Shown piece by piece: positions 7,644-16,622 of a stretch of 47,600 bases of DNA. This DNA comes from a virus, in IMG/VR virus record IMGVR_UViG_3300045988_132551; one strand, 5' to 3'. Within the stretch, counting starts at the first letter, position 1, and every line of letters begins with the position of its first letter. The notes under the pieces are model-generated. The model was not told the origin of the DNA. It was given only the letters and a program-made list of their open reading frames with translations, and made no database searches. Made by a program: the position numbers and the translations under genes.

Positions 7644-7784
7644 GTGGTAAGGTAAACCACAGTAATTCTATTTAGCTTCCAGAAATAGTATTTGTAAATG
7701 GAAAATTCATCAAAATCAACCTTTTATTATTTAAGATTTTTTAATTGTTTGACACACGCCCCTAAATGGGGCACTTTTTTATTT
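7644..7784 (+). ncRNA. candidate small RNA (promoter-to-terminator unit without a credible ORF)
   Basis: Lies between promoter 7609 and terminator 7758-7784. Local hairpins gtggt-aaggtaa-accac and ctattt-agcttccag-aaatag. The only ATG ORF lacks an SD. Confidence 0.4.
7758..7784 (+). terminator. rho-independent terminator
   Basis: gcccc-taaat-ggggc followed by actttttta ttt. Confidence 0.7.
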
Positions 7785-7797
7785 AAAAAAATATTAA

Positions 7798-7826
7798 TTG
7801 ACACTAGCAATACTATGATATATACT
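7798..7826 (+). promoter_or_regulatory. sigma70-type promoter TTGACA-N17-TATACT
   Basis: Read directly upstream of 7852. Confidence 0.6.
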
Positions 7827-7851
7827 ATAATCATAAAAGGAGGGAAATATC

Positions 7852-8034
7852 ATGGCTTTATGTGGAGATTGTGAACACAAAAGAAAATTGAGACAGACAA
7901 CATATTTTGAATGTAAGAAATATAATGAAATTCTTACTACAAATCCTGCTGAAAAATGCCTTAAATGTTTAGCAGAAGATAACAGACCTAAACCAAAATC
8001 AAAAAATAAAAAAGATTTTATCGAGGTCAAGTAA
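7852..8034 (+). CDS. small zinc-ribbon-like protein
   Basis: CGDC..(14)..C and CLKC pairs. SD aaaggaggg. Confidence 0.6.
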   Translation: MALCGDCEHKRKLRQTTYFECKKYNEILTTNPAEKCLKCLAEDNRPKPKSKNKKDFIEVK

Positions 8035-8387
8035 TGGAGAAAATTATTAAAGAAGTGAATATTCTAGGTAGCACATGGAAGATAATCTTTGAGTCTACTG
8101 AAAACATTCAGTTCTACGAGCATCACAATGGTTGGTGTGATAATTCAACTAAAGAATGTCATATTGGTGTCCGTCCAGAGTTGGAGTACGGACAGAAAGA
8201 CCAATGTGAGTTTAGAAAAATGATAGCCAGACATGAAATCGTCCATGCGTTTTTATACGAAAGTGGTATCATATCGTCCCAACTCATTAGAACAAAGGAA
8301 TGGGCGGTGAATGAAACCATGATTGATTGGATGGCTATACAGACACCGAAGATATTCAAAGTATTTGAAGAAGTCGAGATTTTATAA
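8034..8387 (+). CDS. putative HExxH zinc metallopeptidase
   Basis: Motif ARHEIVHAFLYESG. Confidence 0.5.
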   Translation: MEKIIKEVNILGSTWKIIFESTENIQFYEHHNGWCDNSTKECHIGVRPELEYGQKDQCEFRKMIARHEIVHAFLYESGIISSQLIRTKEWAVNETMIDWMAIQTPKIFKVFEEVEIL

Positions 8388-8398
8388 GGAGAAAGATT

Positions 8399-8566
8399 AT
8401 GTTTGGTAGAAAAAGAGTAAATAAAGCGGTATTGTTTCACGTGGAACAGATTGAAAAATACATTGAAATGAGATTGAAAAGAGTGAAATGTACCAAAGGA
8501 GAAGAAACTGCTTTGAATAAAATCAAAGAGGAACTTCAAGGTTTGAAAGAAGAAGTGGAGGGGTAG
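8399..8566 (+). CDS. small hypothetical protein (55 aa)
   Basis: ATG at 8399 after aaggagaaag; it fills the gap between flanking genes. Below the ORF-track cut-off. Confidence 0.5.
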   Translation: MFGRKRVNKAVLFHVEQIEKYIEMRLKRVKCTKGEETALNKIKEELQGLKEEVEG

Positions 8567-8568
8567 TC

Positions 8569-8754
8569 ATGGGTCAAAAGGCAAATGCAGACCAAGTGTA
8601 TTTCAACTATCCTATTCCTAAAAGTGTCCATAAACAGGTCAAGCAACTGTCATTGGACACGAATATGAAGGTCAAGGATATTGTAGTCAATGCACTTGTA
8701 ATGTATATTTCTAGTTTTTATAAAGAAGATGAAAAAGTGGGGGATGATTTATGA
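8569..8754 (+). CDS. ribbon-helix-helix (CopG/Arc-like) protein
   Basis: VYFNYPIPKSVHKQVKQLSLDTNMKVKDIVVNALVMYI fits a beta-strand/helix/helix pattern. Confidence 0.45.
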   Translation: MGQKANADQVYFNYPIPKSVHKQVKQLSLDTNMKVKDIVVNALVMYISSFYKEDEKVGDDL

Positions 8755-8975
8755 GAATTATAAGTCAAGATGATAGGATTGATATTCCATACAGATTATG
8801 TTCTCTTGAAGAAGGAGAAAATGATGGAGGAACTTACACTATAGAAGCTGTTGTGTTTACATCAAGAATTTTTATGGGGAAATATGAAACAGAAGAACGT
8901 GCTAAAGAAATCATTCAAGAAATTAGAGAAAGATATAACATAGGTGCTAAATTCTATGTTATGCCTAAAGAATAA
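8751..8975 (+). CDS. hypothetical protein
   Basis: Translationally coupled ORF (ATGA overlap). Confidence 0.6.
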   Translation: MRIISQDDRIDIPYRLCSLEEGENDGGTYTIEAVVFTSRIFMGKYETEERAKEIIQEIRERYNIGAKFYVMPKE

Positions 8976-10651
8976 TGAACCAAAATGAAGAAAGTATAGC
9001 TATTCTTTTATCTCAATTAAAAGAAACAATGCCTTATTTCATGCGTATGGAGAAACTCAATCTTTTACGTGATTTATCTAAAAAAGAAAATAAGACTGAT
9101 GTTTTGAGAGCGACTTGCAGAGGGCAGATTAAACTTATAAATGCTCATATGAAAGATTTAAAAGATGATGAAAAACTCAAAGCCTACAATTTTTTACGTG
9201 ACGCACATACGGACAATGGGAGATACGATTTAGAGTCGTATCTTATTGCTATGGAGTGGGATAGAAAACCAGAGAAAAGATTTTATCAACCTCGTATGAA
9301 AGTCCTCCATCCTGTCATGAAGGATTTACAGGATTTAGGGGACGGGGTCATTGACATATATTTATTGTCCATGCCACCAAGAATAGGTAAAAGTACTATT
9401 GGTTTATTCTTTATGTCGTGGTTGGCAGGGCGTTATCCAAATGAACATATCTTTGGAGCTGGTTATGCTAGTGGATTGGTAAATACCTTTTGTAAAGGGG
9501 TATTGGATTTCATAGACAGTGAAGAATATCGTTTTTATGAGATATTTCCAGAAGCTAGAGGTAAATTGACTACCTCCGCTAAAGATATGACAATCGACAT
9601 ATGGGAGAATGAGCGTTATAAGACACTTACGTTCCGTTCGATTGATGGGCAGATTACAGGTGCGTTAGAGGCTGAAAGTCTGTTGTATCTAGATGATATG
9701 TGCTCTGGTATTGAAGAAGCTATGAATATTGACCGACTAGAAAAGCTATGGTCAAAAGTAACTGTTGATTTAATGCAAAGACGTGTCATGAATAAAAGAA
9801 CAGGACGATTAGCACCTATTCTAGGTATCGGCACTATATGGTCAGTACATGACCCAATTTCTAGATTGGAAAGAAAATATGGCAAGACAAAGAGATTTCG
9901 CTCTCGTAAGATGCCAGCTTTGAATTTAGATGGTAAAAGTAACTTTGACTATGACTATAATGTAGGATATACAACATCTATGTATCAAGAATTGAAAAGC
10001 AATATGGATGAAGTATCATGGGAATGTGTATATCAACAAAACCCTATGGAACGTGATGGTTTATTATTCCCTGGTAGTGAATTGAAAAGATACTTGTCAT
10101 TACCTAACAAAAAACCAGATGCTATTATTGCTCATTGTGACGTCGCCTTTGGTGGTGACGATTTCATCAACTTCCCTGTGGGGTATATTTATGGTGAGGA
10201 TTGCTATGTCGTAGATACAGTATTTAGATGTAAAGCTGACTATAAAGTAACTGAACCTATGGTTGCAGGTAAGATAGTACAACATGAAGTACAGATGGCT
10301 CACTTTGAAGCAGATAGAGGTGGGGATTTCTATGCACGTGATGTAGACGATATGGTGAAAAAAGGTAGCAAACACAGGTGCAACATTACATGGAGTTCTG
10401 CAGGTACTAAACAAAGCAAGTTGGTACGTATCATTCAGTATGCACCAGATATTAAGCGAATGTACTTCAAAGACCCATCATTGTATAAGCCAACGGACGA
10501 TTATGGTAGAATGATGTCCAATGTCACGACATTTGTTCAAACAGGCTCATCATTGCATGATGATGGTCCAGATGGTTTAGCTGGTTTAGCCAAATTATTC
10601 AAGCAACCTATGATAGGAGCTGTAAGTTCTCCATTTAAAAGACCATTTTAG
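8975..10651 (+). CDS. terL: terminase large subunit
   Basis: Walker A PPRIGKST, Walker B LLYLDD, C-terminal nuclease-like acidic motifs (HCDVAFGGDD, LHDDGPD). 558 aa, upstream of the portal gene. Confidence 0.85.
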   Translation: MNQNEESIAILLSQLKETMPYFMRMEKLNLLRDLSKKENKTDVLRATCRGQIKLINAHMKDLKDDEKLKAYNFLRDAHTDNGRYDLESYLIAMEWDRKPEKRFYQPRMKVLHPVMKDLQDLGDGVIDIYLLSMPPRIGKSTIGLFFMSWLAGRYPNEHIFGAGYASGLVNTFCKGVLDFIDSEEYRFYEIFPEARGKLTTSAKDMTIDIWENERYKTLTFRSIDGQITGALEAESLLYLDDMCSGIEEAMNIDRLEKLWSKVTVDLMQRRVMNKRTGRLAPILGIGTIWSVHDPISRLERKYGKTKRFRSRKMPALNLDGKSNFDYDYNVGYTTSMYQELKSNMDEVSWECVYQQNPMERDGLLFPGSELKRYLSLPNKKPDAIIAHCDVAFGGDDFINFPVGYIYGEDCYVVDTVFRCKADYKVTEPMVAGKIVQHEVQMAHFEADRGGDFYARDVDDMVKKGSKHRCNITWSSAGTKQSKLVRIIQYAPDIKRMYFKDPSLYKPTDDYGRMMSNVTTFVQTGSSLHDDGPDGLAGLAKLFKQPMIGAVSSPFKRPF

Positions 10652-10653
10652 TG

Positions 10654-10682
10654 TTGACATATGACGAAACAAATGGTAATAT
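10654..10682 (+). promoter_or_regulatory. strong sigma70-type promoter TTGACA-N17-TAATAT
   Basis: Consensus hexamers; the spacer ends ATGG as at 7609. Confidence 0.65.
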
Positions 10683-10886
10683 AATAGTGTACTGAATAAG
10701 TAGGTAATTTCTTTTGATAGACATTTTTATATTTCCTTTATAATAAATAGTCCCTAGTTGGTACGCTAGGTTGCTTTCAAAGTGCGTTAGGTAGTCGCAA
10801 AGGGTTAGCGTAAAAAAGATAATTACTGCCTATACTAGTTTTTTTTGTAAAATTGATTTCAAGTTACCCGCTGGGGCTTGAAACAT

Positions 10887-10966
10887 GCCAATTTAGTTTC
10901 AATCAGGTAAAATGTTCTCTAGATGGTGCATAGAGAAAGATGCAGGTTCAAATCCTGTAATTGGCA
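10887..10966 (+). tRNA. tRNA-like gene 1 with a non-canonical (13-nt) anticodon loop
   Basis: Acceptor GCCAATT/AATTGGC + A. D arm GTTT-caatcaggta-AAAT. Stem TTCTC/GAGAA enclosing tagatggtgcata (or a 7-bp stem + 9-nt loop). Variable AGAT. T arm GCAGG-TTCAAAT-CCTGT. Confidence 0.6.
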
Positions 10967-11041
10967 CATTTATTATATGCGGATTTTGCCATCTTGCTTG
11001 TAGGTTTTCACCATTGTACCTATTTAATCAATGGTTTAAAT

Positions 11042-11120
11042 GTCAGTTTAGTTTTAATTGGATAAAAATGTTCTCTAAACAATGTCGAGAAAGATACAAG
11101 TTCAAATCTTGTAACTGACA
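11042..11120 (+). tRNA. tRNA-like gene 2 with a non-canonical (11-nt) anticodon loop
   Basis: Acceptor GTCAGTT/AACTGAC + A. D arm GTTT-taattggataa-AAAT. Stem TTCTC/GAGAA enclosing taaacaatgtc. Variable AGAT. T arm ACAAG-TTCAAAT-CTTGT. Stem changes relative to gene 1 are compensatory. Confidence 0.6.
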
Positions 11121-11169
11121 TCCATCACGATTTATTCTCATAGAATTAACACCTTAACTATAGGAGAAG

Positions 11170-11204
11170 GACACATCACAAATGGTTGATGTGTCTTTTT
11201 CTTT
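11170..11204 (+). terminator. rho-independent terminator
   Basis: gacacatca-caaatggt-tgatgtgtc followed by tttttcttt. Confidence 0.8.
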
Positions 11205-11234
11205 ATGATAAAATCAAACAAGAGAGGTGATAAC

Positions 11235-12974
11235 ATGGATGAACCAACTGTAGACCAAGAAAAAGAAAGAGAGAAGATGGAGAGTTTAGTAAGTGACCTT
11301 ATTCAAGGTGTCGCTCCTGCTACTCAACCAATTCCTATTTTTAAAGGTCGAAAGAAAATATATACAAATTACATCAATAAAGAGCAGGTTGGTGATGAAA
11401 TGACAGGATTTAAGAAACTCGATAAAAATAATATCGTAAGAGCATTAAATCTAGCATTAAAGACACATTATAAAAATGCCTATGAAATTAGATTTTTAAG
11501 AGATTATCACAATGGTGTGCAAAGCATCTTTAATCGTGTAAAGGATATTAGACCAGACGTGGATAATAAAGTGGTAATTAATTATGCTAGTACGTTTACT
11601 AGAGATATTATCGGTTATACTTTTGGTAAACCTATGCAATATGTAGCTAGAAGAACTGATAATGAGGATACAAATGGCTCAAACCCTATCAAAGAAGAAG
11701 TTCGTTTATTGAATGACTATGCTGAAATGAATGACAAGCCATCAAGTGACCAAGAAAAAGCTACTGATTGTAGTATCTTTGGTATTTCTCATAGAGGGGT
11801 TTTTCCTAATAGAGTAGAAAATGAAGATGAAGCGCCTTATTATTATTTGAATTTAGATAGTGAATGTACATTTGTAGCCTATTCTTCTCAATTAAGACGA
11901 GACCCTGTATTTGCGGTCACATATACAAAAAGTTGGGGAGAAAATGAAGATGACTATGTTCTCATGACAGTTTATACTATGAGTGAAATTTATATGTTTA
12001 AAATCCCATTTTCTAGCACAACTGATTACAATGGATATATTGGTGTGACAGTTACAGATGGTAATTTAGTTACAGGCTATCCTAAACCAAATCCTTTAGG
12101 TGTGTTACCTATCGTTGAATGTGAAAACAATCAATTTAGAATGGGACATTGGGAAACTGCTATTACATTGATGGATGCTATCAATAAAGTAGGAAGTGAT
12201 AGTGTCAATGACGTAGAACAATTCGTAAATTCTATTTTAGTAGCTATAAATGCTGAATTTACTGAAAAAGAAATGAACAATGTAAAATCTAACAAGTTCG
12301 CCCAAATTCGTTCCCCACAAGGATTGAACTGCGATTTAAAATATATCCAAGCACAATTGGACGGTACTTCCGTAGAACAGTTAAGACAATATCTAGAAGA
12401 TAGTTTAAGGGCTGTCGTAGGTATTCCAGACCGTAAAACACGCGGTGGAGGCGGGGGAGATACAGGTGACGCTGTAAAACTCCGTGACGGATGGGCAGAC
12501 ATGGAAGTAGTGGCACGTACTACTGAAACATTTAATAAGAAATCTGAAAAGAAAGAATTGCGTGTTATATTAAAAATATTACGTGACTTGAAAAAAATTT
12601 CTAAAACGAGTATGATAAACGTAGATATTAAATACCCACGTAACAAAACAGACAATTTGAATAGCAAAGTAACTGCTATGGCAACTATGTTAAATACACA
12701 AGTAATGGCGCCAAGTGACGTACTCGATATAGTGGACATCACAAGTGACAATACAGAAGTAATCGAACGTGGTGAGGAGTATTGGAAAAAGAAAAAAGAA
12801 GAAAATTTCGAGGAGCAACAACGACAACTTCAACTCACTCAACAAATGAGTCAAGGTGACGATAATACTACTCGAGGAGGAGGAAACAAAGATGGACAAC
12901 CAAACTCAACAAAATCAAGCGAGTCAACAAGGGACTCAAAATCAAACAGTGGTAAATCAACAAACACAAAATAA
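11235..12974 (+). CDS. portal protein
   Basis: About 580 aa, immediately after the terL unit. SD agagaggtga before the ATG at 11235. Low-complexity basic/polar C-terminus. Confidence 0.75.
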   Translation: MDEPTVDQEKEREKMESLVSDLIQGVAPATQPIPIFKGRKKIYTNYINKEQVGDEMTGFKKLDKNNIVRALNLALKTHYKNAYEIRFLRDYHNGVQSIFNRVKDIRPDVDNKVVINYASTFTRDIIGYTFGKPMQYVARRTDNEDTNGSNPIKEEVRLLNDYAEMNDKPSSDQEKATDCSIFGISHRGVFPNRVENEDEAPYYYLNLDSECTFVAYSSQLRRDPVFAVTYTKSWGENEDDYVLMTVYTMSEIYMFKIPFSSTTDYNGYIGVTVTDGNLVTGYPKPNPLGVLPIVECENNQFRMGHWETAITLMDAINKVGSDSVNDVEQFVNSILVAINAEFTEKEMNNVKSNKFAQIRSPQGLNCDLKYIQAQLDGTSVEQLRQYLEDSLRAVVGIPDRKTRGGGGGDTGDAVKLRDGWADMEVVARTTETFNKKSEKKELRVILKILRDLKKISKTSMINVDIKYPRNKTDNLNSKVTAMATMLNTQVMAPSDVLDIVDITSDNTEVIERGEEYWKKKKEENFEEQQRQLQLTQQMSQGDDNTTRGGGNKDGQPNSTKSSESTRDSKSNSGKSTNTK

Positions 12975-13548
12975 TTCAACAAATACACAACAAAATGTCG
13001 AATTAGACATTCATAACTTACCACCAGAATTTCAAAGATATTTAGACCAAGAAAGAACTCGTGCAAGTCAAACTGCTCGTGCCAATGCTAGAAAAGAATT
13101 GGCACAAGACCAAGAATTTATCGCACAAGTAAGAAGCGGGTTTGAACAAGAAGTAAACCATACTGTAGAAGAACAAATCCAAGTATTAAATAAACGTATC
13201 TCTAGCGGTGACGTTAGAAACGTATTGATGCAAGGTGGAATTACTGATGCAGAAGATTTACAATATTACACAGACCTATTTGCTAGTGAAGATATTGACG
13301 GAAGTGTTGAGAAGGCAAAATCATTTGTTTCTCGATATAACAAATCATTACAAGACAGAATGGATAAAAAGCAACAACAATCCGTAAGAAATATGGATAC
13401 ACCTGCCACAAACCCATCTACTGTCAATGAAAAAGACTCACTTCAAGCACAATTAGATGAAGCTAGAAAAGATACATCTTATATGAGAGCTGTGAGAATT
13501 TCATCTATTATGCGACAAGCAAGTGAAAAAGGAATTACATTAAAATAG
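12892..13548 (+). CDS. scaffolding protein
   Basis: Lies between portal and capsid. Q-rich N-terminus and coiled-coil-like body. SD ggaggagga before the ATG at 12892. Overlaps the portal 3' end out of frame. Confidence 0.65.
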   Translation: MDNQTQQNQASQQGTQNQTVVNQQTQNNSTNTQQNVELDIHNLPPEFQRYLDQERTRASQTARANARKELAQDQEFIAQVRSGFEQEVNHTVEEQIQVLNKRISSGDVRNVLMQGGITDAEDLQYYTDLFASEDIDGSVEKAKSFVSRYNKSLQDRMDKKQQQSVRNMDTPATNPSTVNEKDSLQAQLDEARKDTSYMRAVRISSIMRQASEKGITLK

Positions 13549-13560
13549 GAGGAATTTTAT

Positions 13561-14556
13561 ATGCCAACAGGAACAGCGCAATCGTTTGGAGTCCTTAACT
13601 ATAGTGGACAAATTTTCGATAAAGCAAATATTGATACACCTTTAGTATCAATGTTACCAAGACGTAACACATCATCTGTAGAGTTCGTTGTAAATTCTAC
13701 TTATGCAAGTGAAAGTGCTTCTATGCCAGAAATTAGTGAAACAGCTTCATTAACTGCACCAGAACCAACTTATGTAACACGTGAACAAGAAACAAATGTA
13801 GTACAAATTTTCCAATATACTACTGCTGTATCTTATCAAAAACAAGCCAATACAGGAACATTAGCAGGGGTTAATATTGCTGGACAAGCTAATAACGTCC
13901 CTAACGAATTTGACTTCCAAATGGCTCAAAAAACTAAAAAAGCTAGAAAAGATTTAGAATTAACATTAGTTCAATCTACTTATCAAAAAGCAACAACTGA
14001 TGCCAAAGTAAATAAGACTAGAGGTTTAGTTGAAGCCATCAAAACTACAACTAAAGTTTTAGAAAATAAAGAGTTAGATTATGACAATATTAGTGAAGTA
14101 TTAAGAGCAATGTCTAAAGCTGGAGCAGACATGAACGGTTTAGTTATCATGTGTGATGCTATCGGTAAAGCACAAATTACTAATAACTTCTCTAAATTAC
14201 CTGGTTTCTATTTACCACAATCACGTACAGTAGGTGGTATCAATATTGACCAAATCGTTACACCTGCAGGGACAGTAGGGGTAATGCAATATGATAATTT
14301 CTTACCAGAAGGTACAGCTTTAATTGTCAATTTAGGTGTGTTATCAATTGTTGAAATGCCTATGTCAAATAAAGGTAACTTTTTCTGGGAACCATTAGCA
14401 AAAGCAGGAGCAGGTGACAAAGGTATGTTATATGGTACTGCAGGGTTAGATTATGGACCAGAATGGTATCATGCTAAAATTACAGGAATTTCTACTACTG
14501 TAACACCATTAACACCTAGTACTGTAACTAGCGAAGCTTTAAATATTCAAAAATAG
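13561..14556 (+). CDS. major capsid protein
   Basis: 331 aa, strong SD, located after the scaffold gene. Confidence 0.75.
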   Translation: MPTGTAQSFGVLNYSGQIFDKANIDTPLVSMLPRRNTSSVEFVVNSTYASESASMPEISETASLTAPEPTYVTREQETNVVQIFQYTTAVSYQKQANTGTLAGVNIAGQANNVPNEFDFQMAQKTKKARKDLELTLVQSTYQKATTDAKVNKTRGLVEAIKTTTKVLENKELDYDNISEVLRAMSKAGADMNGLVIMCDAIGKAQITNNFSKLPGFYLPQSRTVGGINIDQIVTPAGTVGVMQYDNFLPEGTALIVNLGVLSIVEMPMSNKGNFFWEPLAKAGAGDKGMLYGTAGLDYGPEWYHAKITGISTTVTPLTPSTVTSEALNIQK

Positions 14557-14568
14557 GAGGAAATAACC

Positions 14569-14892
14569 ATGTATGATATAGACAAACAAAAATCCAAAGT
14601 AAAAATCAAATATCCAGAGGCGAGTGATGCTCAAATCGAATTGGAATTAGATATGGCTAAAGATACTATCAATGACATACGTGGTTATATTCCTACTGAT
14701 GAACAACCTATTGAGGATAGATACCTTAACTTACAAATAAACATGGTAGTTGAGGCTCTATCTAAATATGGTGCAGAAGGTGAAAAATCTCATAGTGATA
14801 ATGGGGTATCAAGAGTTTATGATAATGCTTCTCCATATTCCAAGGCGCTATTGAGTAGAATTATTCCGTTAGGAACTTCTTTCAAGTCATGA
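14569..14892 (+). CDS. head-tail connector (gp6-like)
   Basis: Size and position. Typical pattern ..IRGYIP..YLNLQI..VEAL. Confidence 0.55.
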   Translation: MYDIDKQKSKVKIKYPEASDAQIELELDMAKDTINDIRGYIPTDEQPIEDRYLNLQINMVVEALSKYGAEGEKSHSDNGVSRVYDNASPYSKALLSRIIPLGTSFKS

Positions 14893-15236
14893 GAACGCTT
14901 GAAAGAGATAAAAAAGCATTATATATTTGTGAGAAGATTAAGGATAGTGACCCTGTTCAATTTAAGCCACCTGTAGAGGTCAAATTGAATGTTGTAGCAA
15001 CAACAAGTGAAGCTGATATAGTAGCCTTTGGTGACAGCTATAAAGAATATCGTAGAGCTAAAATCTCCGTCAATGAACTTGACAAATTTAATGAGGGGGA
15101 TAGAGCTTATATCTATGTAGCTCCGCCATTAGTTCATGATGTATTATGTGATACTGCTGATTTTGAAATCAAATCGGTATCTGACAGTATTTCACAAGCT
15201 TCAATTTTATTCAAGAGATTGCAAATTGGCAAATAA
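14889..15236 (+). CDS. head closure / head-tail adaptor protein
   Basis: Position in the morphogenesis operon; coupled start. Confidence 0.45.
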   Translation: MRTLERDKKALYICEKIKDSDPVQFKPPVEVKLNVVATTSEADIVAFGDSYKEYRRAKISVNELDKFNEGDRAYIYVAPPLVHDVLCDTADFEIKSVSDSISQASILFKRLQIGK

Positions 15237-15750
15237 GGTTAGAACAATTTCTCTTGACAGACAAGAGATAAAGAAAACTATCCAAGACCTTCAAAATATG
15301 AAGAAAACGATAAAAGGTTTTCCATCTGATATTGAGTCCATATTGGATGAAGCCGTATTGTATTGCCAATCTTTAACCCCTATTTCAGACGGACAAGGAC
15401 GACACCTAGTCTACAATACATATTGGACAAAGACCCCTAGTGGCTATAGAATAGTTCAAGAGGGAGAAAATGTTCTTTATGTAGAGTTTGGTACAGGTCA
15501 AGTAGGAAGTGAAACTCCCCATGAGTTAGCCAATAAATTAGGTTGGGTGTATGGTATAGGTGAACATATCTTTACCACTAAAGATGGTAAAGTAGGTTGG
15601 TTTTTTCCTACCGACAGTACAAGAACCGAGTATCGTTTTACACAAGGTCAAAGAGCTAATATGCAAATGTATAAGACTGCTCAATGGCTTTCTAAAAAAT
15701 TAAATGTAGAAGTTAAATTGTTTGTAGAGAAGGTGAAACAACAATGGTGA
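15226..15750 (+). CDS. HK97 gp10-like tail-completion protein (start uncertain: TTG 15226 or ATG 15298)
   Basis: The LYVEFGTG motif is typical of the gp10 family. The ORF-track start 15136 overlaps the preceding gene by 100 nt. Confidence 0.5.
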   Translation: MANKVRTISLDRQEIKKTIQDLQNMKKTIKGFPSDIESILDEAVLYCQSLTPISDGQGRHLVYNTYWTKTPSGYRIVQEGENVLYVEFGTGQVGSETPHELANKLGWVYGIGEHIFTTKDGKVGWFFPTDSTRTEYRFTQGQRANMQMYKTAQWLSKKLNVEVKLFVEKVKQQW

Positions 15751-16163
15751 GTATATTAGATGAAATCATGGAAAAGATTAAAAATAGTACATTTACTGTG
15801 CCTTTTAAGGATATTAGAGAACCTTATTCTACTAAACAACCTGTATATCCTATGATTACTGTTGAGGAAATTACAAATACTCCACAACAACAAATCAATG
15901 GAAAAATCATTAGAACTAATTTACATTATCGTTTTGAAATTTATGGGAGAGATATTTCTCATGAAGGACAACTGATAAACAAACGTAAATTAGTTACTAC
16001 ATTAGGAAATGAATTAGATACTATTATGAGAGAAACTTATGGTATGAAAATGATAGGTACATATCAAATCTTGCCATATGCCTCTGATAACAGTATTTTA
16101 CGTTATATCGTTACCTATGGTGGTATCATAGATAATGAAACAATGATTATTTATCAATTATAG
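15744..16163 (+). CDS. tail terminator-like protein
   Basis: Position directly upstream of the major tail protein. Confidence 0.4.
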   Translation: MVSILDEIMEKIKNSTFTVPFKDIREPYSTKQPVYPMITVEEITNTPQQQINGKIIRTNLHYRFEIYGRDISHEGQLINKRKLVTTLGNELDTIMRETYGMKMIGTYQILPYASDNSILRYIVTYGGIIDNETMIIYQL

Positions 16164-16175
16164 GAGGTCAACTGT

Positions 16176-16622
16176 ATGGCACAATTAACGAAAGGTTTAA
16201 CTTTAGAATGGGTTAAAAATGCTGATGGTAATGTACCAACAACTGGTTGGGCAAAAGTACCAGATGTTATCAAAATCCCTTCATTAGTTGGTACACCATC
16301 TACACATGATGTTACGACTATTTATGATAACATGAAAGTGTATATCGAAGGTTTAACTGACAACGGAGGTACATTAGGTTTCGGTGTCAACTTCACACCA
16401 GAAGTATTTGCAGAAGTTGGAAAAATTCAAACTGAACAAGCTAAAGATGACGTATGGTTTAGAGTAGGTATGCCTAAACCATTAAACAAAGCCTATGTAT
16501 TTAGAGGTACAGCTTCAATTTTAGCAAATGATGAATGGACACCAGATAATCCAATGCAAGGTACTTTAAATCTTACTGCTACTTCAAGTGTAGAATTAAC
16601 AGATTATACACCAGGTGAATAA
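16176..16622 (+). CDS. major tail protein
   Basis: 148 aa, strong SD, immediately upstream of the chaperone pair and tape measure. Confidence 0.65.
   Translation: MAQLTKGLTLEWVKNADGNVPTTGWAKVPDVIKIPSLVGTPSTHDVTTIYDNMKVYIEGLTDNGGTLGFGVNFTPEVFAEVGKIQTEQAKDDVWFRVGMPKPLNKAYVFRGTASILANDEWTPDNPMQGTLNLTATSSVELTDYTPGE

Noticed and set aside
7749-7754. Additional TTGACA hexamer just upstream of terminator 7758
   Set aside because: No acceptable -10 lies 16-18 nt downstream (that position reads cacttt). It falls inside the terminator region of the candidate sRNA.
7668-7850. ATG-initiated reading frame through the sRNA candidate (MENSSKSTFYYLRFFNC...)
   Set aside because: No SD. It runs through a terminator and the next promoter, so it is unlikely to be translated.
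10912-11118. ORF-track CDS of 68 aa spanning both tRNA-like genes
   Set aside because: It has no SD and lies entirely within a promoter-to-terminator unit whose sequence is explained by two cloverleaf RNAs with compensatory changes. The protein reading is Cys/Phe-rich nonsense.
12131-12751. 206-aa minus-strand ORF inside the portal gene, and similar antisense ORFs (774..992, 2068..2286, 9616..9885, 10100..10414, 12289..12516, 12690..13066, 14208..14420, 19580..20152, 20509..20929, 23235..23417, 24597..24782, 25675..25990, 28071..28253, 29773..30003, 30315..30542, 31795..32386)
   Set aside because: All lie antisense to, or nested within, longer genes that have recognisable motifs and operon logic. 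None has a convincing SD.
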